A DNA stretch of 64,000 bases from Chlorokybus atmophyticus (taxonomy: Eukaryota; Plantae; Mesostigma and Chlorokybus algae): NCBI GenBank assembly GCA_009103225.1, contig RHPI01001202.1, forward strand, positions 57,206-121,205, in the 5' to 3' direction. The notes under the pieces are model-generated. The model did no database searches. It saw only the letters and a list, made by a program, of their open reading frames with translations, and had not been told where the DNA came from. A program made the translations under genes and the position numbers. Of this stretch, positions 35,951 through 48,460 are shown piece by piece; the first letter of the stretch is position 1, and the number at the start of each line of letters is the position of its first letter.

Positions 35951-38900
35951 GCAGTACAGTGGCGTTGAGCAGAATGGTAAGCAGAGCACAGGATGAGCAG
36001 CACAAGCGGAGAGGGGTGTGGGCTGGGGGGACAGTCCGTGACACAGGCAACTACTACACACTCGCACACAACTAAGCAGGCCGCAGGGACTGCCCAAGTA
36101 CCTTTCTTCTAGTGCAGGCCGGTGATAAGAGTAAGAAGCACAAACTGCTGCGCTGGAAAGCAAAAGCGCAGTTGCGCTTTCCAAGCTTCAACTGTCCACA
36201 CAACTCCACAGAGCTGCAAATTGGCAGCAAGCTATTGTCGTCTCTTAGCTCCAAGGCGCCGCTGACCCCACAGAGAGCGTGGCACACCGTGCCTTATGCA
36301 CTCCTACAAACGACACGGCTACCCTAGTGATGACCCTCACCTACCCCACCGCCGCCTCCGCCGCCACTGCCTCCGTTTCCTCAACCGCAAGGGTCACATC
36401 CTAACTATATAGCGGCGGGCATTCAAAACACTCAAAATGCAAAACCTACCCTTTCACCTACAGTACGCCGCCGCGGCTGAGCCCTAACCGACGCACTGGT
36501 ACCACCACGCGCAAAGCTCCAGCAAATAACTAACGTTAATATCTTCCTCATGCGCAGCAAAGTACCGTATTAGTTAGTGAGAAACAGAGTTAACAGTAAC
36601 GTTCTCCTAGGGTACGCGGGTCGCTCGTCACAAGCCTATCCTCATGCGCTGCAGACCATGATGATGGCAATGCGCAATGTCCCAATCTTTCGTCCTCATC
36701 TGCCGCGGCGCCTTGGATGGATTCGGACCGGCGCTTGTCGGACTCACGTCGCTTACCATTGTTGCGTGCAACCGGCGAAGCTGCTGTGTTTAGGCTCGGC
36801 GACCGGTCTCGGCGGGACACCTACCACTGCTACGACAAGTAGCGCCAAGGAAGTCGCGGGAAAGCGCGGCCCCTGTCAGTACCTGCCACGAATCTCTACC
36901 GCGGTGACAGAGAGGATGAGCGCGCTGCCCGGGACTGACGCGCAATAGGCTTTCGTGACAGAATGTCTCTCTAGCACCTGATCGCTAGGAAAGTACAGCC
37001 TGTACGGTACAGGCCTTGTTGTGGTTCAGCGGTGACGGGACAGGGCTGGCACTGCGACCGTTCATCATGAGCTGCGACCGTTCGTTACGGGGACGCTGCG
37101 CGCCCCACAATCTGCACATCCGTTGAACGGACGCCTACGCCTTTGAACGGATTCCTGTCAACGGCGGAATTTTCCCACCGCGGGAAGGATGCGTGGTTTG
37201 GCGGCGTCTAGGCGATCTGTGTGGCAGATCAATTGCCGCGAGATCATCAGCGAGGGGATAGCGCGTCTCCGTGACAAGGTGGCGAGAAGTAAACAGGTTC
37301 GAAGTTGCCAAAGTCTGAACCTTTCAGGCACTGACAGCCTCAAGTCAGGCCCTAAGGTACCCTAAGGTAGGCCTGATCAGGTCATAAGCCACGGTCATGA
37401 AAGCTGCTTAGCATTCCTACTAGGAATTTCCTAGCCTATGAAAGCCCAATGAAGCGTAAACTTTAACGTCGTTAAGTTCAATTACTAATGGCTGACTAGG
37501 AGTCCTTAATGCAAGCTTCTCGCGTTGTTGGAGTAAAGCCAGATATTACGTTTAAAAACAGCAATGAAAGCGGTATGTTGATATGTTAACGGTTTAATTG
37601 TTGCATAACATACAATTCACATGCGCGCCCATGTTGGCTACAATTCACATGCTTGAAATCTGTAACCAGATTATGGTATTCAAGTAACAATTAATTAAGA
37701 TGATTATTAATAATATTGTGATGCAGATCTTAAAAGCATCATCAGCTGCAAGTCCAGATGAGTTCGATGCAAGCCTTAATAGCATGTGTTGCAAAAGCAA
37801 GAAGTTGTGTACGAAAACTTAATGTCAACAGCTCAGGCCCATTACCATATATAATTATGGATCCATTTCCGCATCTTCCCTCGGCAATGCCAATATACTA
37901 ACTTGCATGCTATCATATAAGTGTTACCGCATGCGGGCCTATACTATCGCATGGACAAGGGTGGTCGTTGCTTACTAGCCTCTAAAGTCGTGTAGCTTTG
38001 ATGCTATTGCTTGCATTCACTTTGCGAGAGTTGCTAGCATGTGACCCCTTGCCCCTAGTGATGTTGTAAACATGTTTGTAACACATTGTGTGTGCTCGTG
38101 CGCGCACACACACGCGTGTAGTTTGTTCTTGTGTACGTAATTTTAACGCGTATAATGTGTACAAAGAGGTATGTTGCATATGTACAGGATAAGCACGAGG
38201 CTGTTATATGTGGGAGTAGTTTACTAACATTGCATTGCACAATCCTACCTGACCCCAACATAGCTTAAGTTCATGCACAATGCGCATTATATTACGCTCA
38301 CATTTCACCTTAACCCGACTGAATACCATTTCATTGTTCGCAGCTTGACAATTTAATAAACCATGCATTTATCTCATAAATGACATAGGTGATTGAATTA
38401 TCCTCATTCCAATATTGTTGCCTATCTTCAATGATTGAGAAATGAACTGACTGCCCTGGTTGAAAGGGGACTTTGCCCACGGCGCGGCGCACGGGGTGGG
38501 GTTGGGGCGGGGGGGGGACATGATGTTGGTTCTGCAACAACAGCTTGCACGAAACTACAAGGTGGGTACAATAGACATGAGCATATACTAGTGTGGAGTA
38601 GCGAGGTTGGAACAAATAGTGTGTATAGCCCAGTGGTTGTGTCACAATGTGCTTGCATGCTGTTTGGCATGATGTGAGTGATATCATGCATCTACAACTA
38701 TTGGCAGCATATCCTGTATACATAGGCAGCGACGGCGGTCACATACTAAGCACTGCTGACATTGCAGTGCTTATTGCACAAGACAGCCACCCGCTGCCTC
38801 GCGGCCAGCCAACACGCAGGAAGGCAGAGGAGGAGGACCAGGGAGTCATCGTCGCTGCTATGCATGTTGGCGCTATACCTGCTACCAACCACTAACAACA

Positions 38901-39107
38901 ACCCTTGTGGGCAGGTAAACATGTGTTCGTGTGTGACTAACGGGGTGTTGGGCTGTAGTGAAGGTAGATAAGTAGGTAGTATACTAACAAGTGCATAGCC
39001 GGGTGATGTACTTGACTGTGTACAAGAATATTGACGGAATTCTATGTGTATATGCTGGTGGTAGTTGCATGTGTCATGCACGCATGAATTCTGCATTGCA
39101 TATTTTG

Positions 39108-39353
<246 letters not shown>

Positions 39354-39601
39354 CTCGCCCCTGCTCACGATGCGAGCGACAATGCAAATGATGCTACAAA
39401 TAGCTACAGTTGACAAACAACAAGCGCAACAGCCTTGCAACAAACAACTACGTTATGGTGACAACTGCATATCCTCATGCCATGCCACTGCAATCTGCCA
39501 CGTACAACAGGTAAGAATTCTGTGGTACTGGTACATGATCTACATGCTGCTGTCATGTCGACAGCCAAAGACTGTGGACTTGACGCTGGCTGGCTGTGAG
39601 G

Positions 39602-42108
39602 CTACGCTTGTGTTACAGCGGCATGGATGGCATTCGCAAGATGAGGCACAGTGGGCGAGCTGAGCCCCGCCATGCTGATTCGTCCGTCACCCGTCATATA
39701 CACATGGAACCGGTCCCGCATGAATTGCACCTGTCAAGAGCCACCACTAAGCCCCGCTATGCAAGTTACATTGGACGTTACCCGCCATGTGAACTGAGCG
39801 TACCTGTTGAGCATTGAGACCGGTAAAAGTGAACATGCCAATCTGCTTCAATATGTGACTCCAATCACCTGGAGTTCCTGCATCAATCGTGTTTCAGTGC
39901 AGCTCGCTAAAATGACCAACAAAGGTCTTGGCCTCCTCATTATAAGCATGGGCAGCACACAATTTGACCTCCAGCATCCCTCAGTTCACAGGGTGGGTGT
40001 GCATGCTGCATGTGTGCATGCAAATGTGCGCATGCGTTTGCGTGTGGGGTGAAGGGAATGTGTGTAAAAGCCGCACCTTTTGCCTTCAAAGCATCAAAGA
40101 GCTGGTGGCGCATGCTGATGATGCGGTCTGCCATTCCTTTGAGCTCAACAGTCCATTCACAGAACAGGCCACTGCAAAGCAATGCATCACGCGGCTTTAG
40201 GCTTAATATCAACTCAACAAATTCATGCCAATGTAGAGTACAGCTGAGTTGCATGAGGTCATCGATCTGCATGTTGTGCATGTGTACACTTCAAGCTCGA
40301 CTTACGGATCACCCAGGATGGCAGCAACGATGGCAGCGCCATGAATAGGTGGTGAACTGTACATTTGACGGATAACTTGCTTCAACTGGCTTTCCGCAAG
40401 AGAAGCAGCCTTTGAGTTGCTGCACACAAGGGAAAGTGCCCCAATGCGTTCCCCATAAAGTCCCATGTTCTTGGCGTAACTCTGCGCCAGCAAGAGCTCC
40501 TGTCCGCTGGCTACGAATAAGCGCACAGCTGCTGCATCTTTGTCCAAATCGCCAGTAGCAAACCCCTGCCATTACACTGCCGTCAGTTGCTCAACCAACC
40601 ACATTCCCAACGCATATGTTATGGAACACTCGCCATGGCTCATTATGAATGTTCATGTATGCGAACCTGATAAGCTGAGTCAAAGAATGGAAGGTGGCGC
40701 TTAGTTTGAATCACATCACACAGCGTCCGCCACTGGTCAAGTGTTGGGTCTGCTCCGGTTGGGTTGTGTGCACAGGCGTGCAACAGAATGACGGAGCCAT
40801 CTGGAGCATTTTTTATGTCTTCGCACATGCCTGTTGTTAAAGCGCTTAGGTTACATACTTGCAACCACTGTCTAGCATGCAATTGGAACACACCAGATTG
40901 CTCCCATGGCAAGCCAGCCAAGTGAAAACAGAAGGCATGCAGCGTGTATGTCACATGACAGAAACTTTACCATGGAAGTCCACACCCCGCGTTTTGGGAT
41001 CATAGTAACGATAGCTCCTGATCTGGCAGCCAGCGGCAGGAAAAATCTTCTTGTGGTTGCCCCAAGTAGGATCCGGCAGGTACACCACGGGCTGCATATC
41101 CAGTCAAGGTCGCATGAGCTGTTGTGGTGATATCCATCAACCATTACGACAGCAGTCAGGTCGACTATGACTACGTACATTTCGGTGGAAGCCGCGTAGA
41201 AACTCAGCACCGACACGCAGCGATCCAGTGCCTGATAGGCACTGCATGGTGACAACAAGCCCTTCACGCAATGCTGGACTGTAAGCACGCAGAGACCAAC
41301 AGAGTCAGCCAAGCATGCACTCCGATTGGAGTTTGTCACGTAGATATGTGGAACACTGCAATAAAATGACAGGCATGCGCAACACATGCAGTGGCACCTA
41401 TCGGCGCCAAGCATAAGCTGCGCCGTCAGCTTGTTAAAAGCTGCGAGCCCTGCAATAGGCATGTACTCCTTGTTGCGGCTCCTGCACCAGGCATTACTCA
41501 ATTACCGCAGTACAAGCCAGGAATGCTAACGCACGGCAATCGGCATTGGAGTAGTAGTAAAATCAAATGGCGAATTTGTTCATAAAGCTACCTGTCATTC
41601 ACAAGGTGCTGCTCGACTTTGCGGACGACATTCAACACCAAGGGCTTCCCCTCCTGCACAAACGAAAGGGCATCAGCACCAGCGACATATGGAGCTGTGA
41701 GCTGCGGCAGCGCATTCCACAGATGTTTACCTCAGTACGGTACGCCCCAACGCCCAAGTTCAACTTGTGAGAATCTGAATCCTTGTTGTACGCTACTGTA
41801 ACCTGTAGCAACCATGTGCTGTGGAGTTCATGGCATCAAAGCCGAACAGCTCAAGCAAATTCCTACTGAAAGCATATAAGCTTGGAACAGCCAAGATACC
41901 ATTCCACAAACTGATTACTGGTGCAATCAACCACAGTGCCACCTACCCCAAGAATGGGGTCTTCAGGCGCCTGCGGAACAGCGTCCCACACAGACTGAGA
42001 AGCAGCGCTGGTGTGCTGGCGCTCCATGCCACCTGCAACAACTTCTTCACTACTGCTCCCTCCAAGATGGGAGGCCAGCTGCGACAGACGCCTCTGCGCA
42101 CCCTCCAT
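39602..42108 (-). CDS. ASP3: Aspartate aminotransferase (ASP2/ASP3 type) with N-terminal PTS2
   Basis: [34 protein letters not shown]-lysine motif [16 protein letters not shown], and C-terminal DGRISMAGL...[10 protein letters not shown]-terminus RLSQLASHL. Confidence 0.95.
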
Positions 42109-43578
42109 TCCCCAACTCCTCTGTCCACCTATCCGCAGCTACGTCATCGACAGTACCGCCGCCGCCGCCGCCTCCTTCTTAATAAAGCGACGCCTTAATG
42201 CTTATCCTGCTACGCACTCTGTTGAAGACATGCTGACGTCAGCTCGCTGGACCTGACAGCACTTCCGATAAGTACATCGGAAGCGACGGGATCAGCAGCA
42301 CTTGCCCTATTCCAGGAAGCATTGCGTCACTGCACCGTCGGACGGACAGACCTTCCATGACGATTAACTTCCTAGACCTCCCTAGCAAGTTGCTAGTGGC
42401 AACGCCTCAGTGCATTACGTAACGCCACCGTCACGCCAATGTGACGCCTTGCAGTGTGCCACCGTGGGCCGCACGTGCGTGACTTGAGCGAGTGATGTGA
42501 CCTGCGACCGGCGGCGGACCGAAGAGCCAGGCATCACTTTACGGAAAGCTGTGAGACAAGTCGGTCCGCGGGTGCGTTAGCCGCCAGGAGCTTTCGGTCA
42601 CAGGGCAACAACGGCCGGTACAGCGACCGCATGCAAGTCGCAATTGGTCTATGCCAGCTGGCTTTGAGCTTTGGGTGAAGCGCCAGCGTGTGCGTGTGCG
42701 TGAGCGGTGAGCTGGGGACGGCTGCTGGGTTGGCTTTGGTGCATTGAGCAGCTGGCTGCTAGTCTCAGCGTGTCCTTTACAGTGTTGAGCTTGTTGGTGT
42801 GGCCAGCGCAAATCACAGTTGGAGCGGCGGCGTAGGAGGCGTTGGGCTTCGCTGCTGTCGCTGTCAGGCACACTTGACAGCTGTGCTAGCGGTGACGGTG
42901 GTTGTGTGCAGCTGGAAGAAGTGAATAGTGTGAAGGTTGTGGTTATCGAGCGTGTGTGTCAGAGTCACTGGCTGATGGATGGAGTCTGGAGCTTGTTGGA
43001 GGCAAGGCGCCGCTAGACTAGAGATGTCCTTGAGGTAGCGTCTTCTTCTGCTGTGCGCCGTCCCGTTTGCGTGTTGCTCACCGCATGGCAACCGGGAACG
43101 TTGATAGTAAGCACACATCAAGCAGTTTCCCGGGTGCTGCACTGCACAAAACAGACTGTGCTCCACAGACTGTTGTGCAGCCAGCACTCGCGGAATGCAT
43201 GCACGCCACAGAGTGTTGTGCACATGTTGTCATACTGTGCAACACGTTGACATATCTAGACAACACTGCATTGGCTGGGTTAGCAGATACTGATGATGAT
43301 GTGCACCAAGAACCATTCTATTGCCAAAACTGGTCTGGTGTGCAGTGCGTTGCGAGGGAGACCTGCCACGCTTGCTAGCACTGGCAGTTGTGTGCATGTC
43401 AGAGTGTTACAGCTGCAGATACTTACCAGTGGTTGCGCCTGTCATGCGTCGTACAGCAAACTATGTGCGCCATGCAGGCCAATGCGTCTTCCTATGCTGC
43501 ACTAAGTAAATGGCCCCATCTGCTGAAGCTGGGGTCCTGCATGCAAGTGGATGCAATGTACGGCGTGACGATAATCCA

Positions 43579-46067
43579 ATGCATAAAACTGAAGAAAGTC
43601 ACGAACCAATGGAGACAGATGAGCCACCGGACCATGTAAGTGCAAGCATGCAGCCATTGCAAGGACCGTAAGTCCTGCTCTGATGCTCACGGTGTGTTAT
43701 GTGTGCAGTACCATTTTGCCTACATTGTCTTCTTCTGCCTTGGCGCCGGGGTGAGTGTCTACCACCCGCCTCCTGCTGTATAATACCCGCAGCGTCTCAG
43801 TGTTATGAACCTCGTGTCTGCAGTAGTGGCATGGCCAGGTGGCAAAGCTAAGTCCTGCATGTGTTTGTCAGATCTTATTCCCGTGGAACGCCTTCATTAC
43901 CGCTGTTGACTACTTTGAGTTACTCTACCCCCACCAACACGTTGAGTAAGTTGCTGCTGACCCCAGCGTAACGTAGACAAGTAGCTGCTTCCAGCACCGG
44001 TGTTATGCAAAGAATGACCTGCGTGACCATGTGCTTGCAGCCGAGTGTTCCCCGTGTCCTACATGATTACCAACTTATTGAGCATAGTACTCGTTTTCAA
44101 GTATGGCAATAGGTTCCCACCCGCCAACCGACTCCTGTTGGGCTTCTCACTGTTTCTCGTGCTGCTGCTGGTAAGCATGTGTTGTGTTGAAGACAGCTAC
44201 AAGATTAGCCCATTGCACGCCAGCTGGTTTACTGTACCCACACATGCTACAATAAGCCAGCGCTTGCCTTGCAGGTTGTGCCACTGACAGATGCACTGAG
44301 CCGAGGAGGCCCCGGTAGTAGTACTGGACGCACACTGGTTATTACTGCGGTCAGTTTAACCGGCACTGCTGATGCCATCGCGCAAGGTAAGTCAACATGC
44401 TGCTGGTGACTGTCAAAGTTGTTTCAAGCCCTGACGCAGCTTCACTGCCTGCATGCAATGCAGGTAGTATTTATGGCCTCGCCGGCAACATGCCCATGCG
44501 CTACACGCAGGCGGTGATGGGCGGAACCAGTGGCGCAGGGCTTGTTGTGTCACTTTTGCGAGTGCTGACAAAGGTGAGCACTTACCATGCCACCTGTTAC
44601 TGGTAGTCTGCAGAGCTGTGCCCTGCAATAATTGCGCAACAGCATGCACAACTGTCTCACTTCTGTATGAGCTAAAAGACATCTCACAGGTGCTGGCGCC
44701 TGACACCCCTGAAGGATTACGAGCGGGCGCAATGCTTTACTTTGGCATGAGCGCTGCTATGGTTGCCTTCTGCATCTTGTGCTCCATTGCCTTGGCTTCG
44801 CTACCCGTCATGCGGCATTTTCATTCTTTGACAGAGCTGCAGGTATGCCGTCAAAAGTGGTCTCAGTTCCCACGAGTGTTACATTGTAAGCAACCTGTAT
44901 ATTGCAGGTGCACTGTGGGCCTGTGCGCTGGCAGCGTTTGCAAGACACTGCCGCTGAGGAGGAGGCCCATTCCCTAAAAGGTGACATACGGTGGTAACAT
45001 GTGGTTGTCATGATGTACAGGTTCATATTGTGAGTGATCTTGTCGTTGCAGAGAGCATCGTGGATAGTGCGCGCTATGCTTCAGCGCCTACAAGCCACCT
45101 AGGAGTGCTACGCAACATCTGGGAGTATGGCACAATGGTGGCCTTGATTTACATGGTATGTTCATGGGGTTTACCTTCTATATAGATACCTTGTGCACTT
45201 AGCGTGATGTAGCTGCTGACGTGTCTGGTGCAATGTTGTTCTTCGGAACAGATTACGTTGAGTATCTTTCCGGGTTTTCTCGCTGAGGATGTCTCCTCGC
45301 AAGCGCTTGGTGACTGGTACTCCGTGTTACTGGTAAGCACGTGTAAAAACCCTTATGAGATCCGCGTTGCAAATCAATTTGTCTCAAAAGCGACTCTCTC
45401 TTGCTGCAGATATTGGTGTTCAATGCGTTTGACCTGGTGGGCAAGATGATGCCCTGCTCACAGCGCCTGGTTATTGAAAACCGCGCAGTTCTTTGGGTAT
45501 GCCTTGACTGTCACGTTAGTCCGCCAAGTGCACACACTTCACCGCAGTGTGCAGAAATCAAGTGTGCCGCCAAGCATGGCTTGCATGTGCCATGCAGCTA
45601 GTGTGCTTCTATACGCCAACCTTTGTCGGCTTGGGGAAGGGGGCTGGTACACACGCGCAGTCAACTGAAGCTCTTGTCAAGTGCAGGTCATGACTTTGAG
45701 TAGGCTGCTGTTTGTGCCAGCCTTCCTGTCATGTACGCGCGGACCGATGTGGATGCGCACAGAGACACCCATCTTGTTGCTGACTGGTGCTCTTGGATTG
45801 ACATCCGGTTACACTAGCAGGTATGCCTGTGAACATTCTGTGGGAGTTGGTGCTGCTCCGTGTTTTTTGTATGACAACCGGCGCAGAGAGATTGCTGACA
45901 ATGCCGCTGAGGACTGATCTATGACGTGCTTGTGCAGTTTGTGCATGATGGAAGGGCCTAAACGGGTGCCACCGCACGACTCTGAGGTCGCAGGAACAGC
46001 CATGGTGCTGTTTTTGATTGTTGGCCTGACAATTGGCGCTGCATGTGGCTGGTTGTGGTTGCTTTGA
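43579..46067 (+). CDS. ENT1: Equilibrative nucleoside transporter (ENT1-like); start provisional, possible upstream exons from ~42820
   Basis: EPPDH|YHFAYIVFFCLGAG|ILFPWNAFITAVDYF, YTQAVMGGTSGAG, ITLSIFPGF, FNAFDLVGK, LGLTSGY, and C-terminal LIVGLTIGAACGWLWLL*. Confidence 0.93.
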
Positions 46068-46539
46068 GTCTACCAGAAGCAGCCATGGAAGCACGCAGTG
46101 CATAATATTAAGCACGTGCTCAATCTGCAACAGTATTTAGCGCTGTTGCTGTAAATTGTAGTTAGGTGTTGGCTCACATGTTCAGTGGCGTGCAGCTTGC
46201 TGTCATGTAAGTTATGTTTGTTAACTTCTCCTCTCCTTCATGCGGGGTGTCACTGCGCGTGTAGTATGTGCAACAAGTCACCTCAACGCCACGTATACAA
46301 CCATCGAGTTCAAGCGCGCACCTGACGTGCTATCTACCCTCTACCTCTAACCCTACCAAACCGCGCCTCTGTCAGTCATGCATGCACTGCAGCCTTGGCT
46401 AACTGCATGCGTTGTGGTTCACGGCTTCATCGCAGCAGCGGCGACAACGACAGCAGCAGGAGGACGTGGACGACCCCTCCCCTCCCTCCCCCCACACTCT
46501 CGCCGCCACGCTCTCTCCTCCACCCTGCGACTGCCGTCG

Positions 46540-46946
46540 CTTTGTTACGTTTACGCCTACCGGCGCGCAGCACGCATATGAGTGCACGGCCGTGTCGCTG
46601 TGTCACTCAAGTGTCATGCAGATGGCTTGGCATCAGCAATACAGCAGTGAGCTCCGCTAAGCATCATTGGTTGTGGTTTGCTTGCACTTGTGCTCATCAC
46701 AGGAGTGCATGCAATGCTTCACAGATGCAAGTTGGGGGTGGTGATCTCCCAGTTCATCAGGTTCGGGAACATTTCATGTGGGAGATGGTGCAGCTGTTAT
46801 GGGGTATGGTGGCTGAGGGCTATCACATGCGGGCTTTGCTGGGAAAGTTGCGGGCAAAGATGTACCAAATGCAAGGGAAGGTGTACGATATGTCTTACCA
46901 GCAGCTGTACGTCATGGTGGCTACACGGTGTACCACCTCGACATAA
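46540..46946 (+). mobile_element. Degenerate Penelope-like retroelement fragment (RT thumb/C-terminal extension)
   Basis: RLPARSTHMSARP|CKLGVVISQFIRFGNIS (across a putative intron 46592-46724), then a frameshift into FMWEMVQLLWGMVAEGYHMRALLGKLR. This follows the PLE thumb pattern (H.S.....K.GV..SQ..R..RI.....F......L...L...GY). Confidence 0.5.
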
Positions 46947-47914
46947 GTGAGTGAGGTAAGTTTGGTAAGTGGTTACGCATGTGTGGGGAGCAGAGTGTCT
47001 GCCCGCGCATGTACGCATTCGTTGTTGGCTTGGTGCACAGTTCAGTGACTGCCCACTTGACAACTTGACTGATTGCTTGACTGACTGCCTTACTAACTGC
47101 TAACTCAATGACTGTGTGGACATCATTCTCAACGGCATTCGCGCTGGCACCTGCCGATCCCCTGCAGCCATGGCTTCGGTCTTACCACACAACTTACAAG
47201 ACCTGCTACACAGCCTCAGCCGCCATCGCTGGCGCTCATATGCACAGCACTGCAAGCATCCCCAACCTCCGCCCTGCCTAAACTGCCTGCGCTTGCTGCT
47301 GCTGCTACGCGCTATCCATTGTCTTGCCCTCGGCCTGCAAAGCCTGCGTCCTTACCTCTACCGCCTGTTGCACAGGTCTGCTTTGCAAACTCGACACTAC
47401 TTGCCCTGCCCTGCTGCCTCTGCCCTCCCCTCCCTCCGCCTTGCACCAGCACTTAGCTAGTGCACATAGGTTACTTAGTGCCCTTGCCCTTTTTATTGAG
47501 CTGCCATTGCCCGTGTGCTTGCTGGTGCTTGTGCTGCCTGTGCATGCGTTGTGTCAACTTCTGGGAAGCCTATGCACGTGCAGGTTGCAAAAAGTACATC
47601 GCTTTACAACGCTTCTAGACGCCGTAACCTTGGTTGCTTTTGGTTGGGGATGTGTGAAGTGAGAGGGGTGACCAACAGGTGCTGCCCAACATGGCGTCCA
47701 CCACTGCACTGCATGCCGCAGAAACGGCATGGGTGAGTCAACATGCGCAAGCGTCGTGCTGAGGAAGGATGGTGAAGTAACATAACTCACATAAGAGTTG
47801 CGGTGAAGCAAACATGCAATCCGAGTCTACAGTATCCCTGTTCGGATTCACTGCACCACAAATTTCATGCACCAACTCCACCTGAAATGCAGCTGTGATG
47901 CTCTAGCTCCAAAA

Positions 47915-47992
47915 GTAGGTGTGCAGCTCGTGGTCAAGCATGCTGATTACGAGCTGCACACCTACTGCAGCTCGTGATCAGCATGCTTGACT
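47915..47992. other. Nested inverted repeats: 26-bp-stem hairpin with an alternative pairing arm
   Basis: 47933-47958 pairs with 47967-47992 (one G-U, 8-nt loop). 47915-47931 can alternatively pair with 47949-47967. Confidence 0.9.
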
Positions 47993-48460
47993 TGATCAAC
48001 CTTGTGCAGGTCTGGTCATTGCAGCGCTATGGGACTTTGCTGGTGCTGTATGGTGTTGGTGTTGATCAGCCTAGAGCAGGTGTTATGCCAACACAGATGC
48101 CCATGTTGCGTCTGCCCAGGGCTGGCTACGTGCAAGGTCCCAACCAGGCACACGTAATGCGCATTACTGCCAACAATGGATGCCCACTGCTACGGGCTGG
48201 TGTGGAAGTCTTCAACATAACGCACTCACAGCACGATCCATGTTGTAACCAAAAATACCAGTACCTGCGCCAGCAGTACTCTTGGTAGTGACTTTGTGAA
48301 ATGGCTTAAACTGGTGGTTTATCTTCCACACGGCCATTACGCCACCAAGGCAAGGTTGTGTCGCTGTGCACCAGCAGGTGTGACAGTTCCAATCAGCACA
48401 TTGGCTCCACATTAGAGTAGAAATGGCCACATACAGACCAGCAGTACAGGTGTTGCAACT

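Noticed and set aside
37300-38700. AT-rich block with short palindromes
   Set aside because: Probably eroded repeat DNA, but no TIR, TSD or coding motif could be supported.
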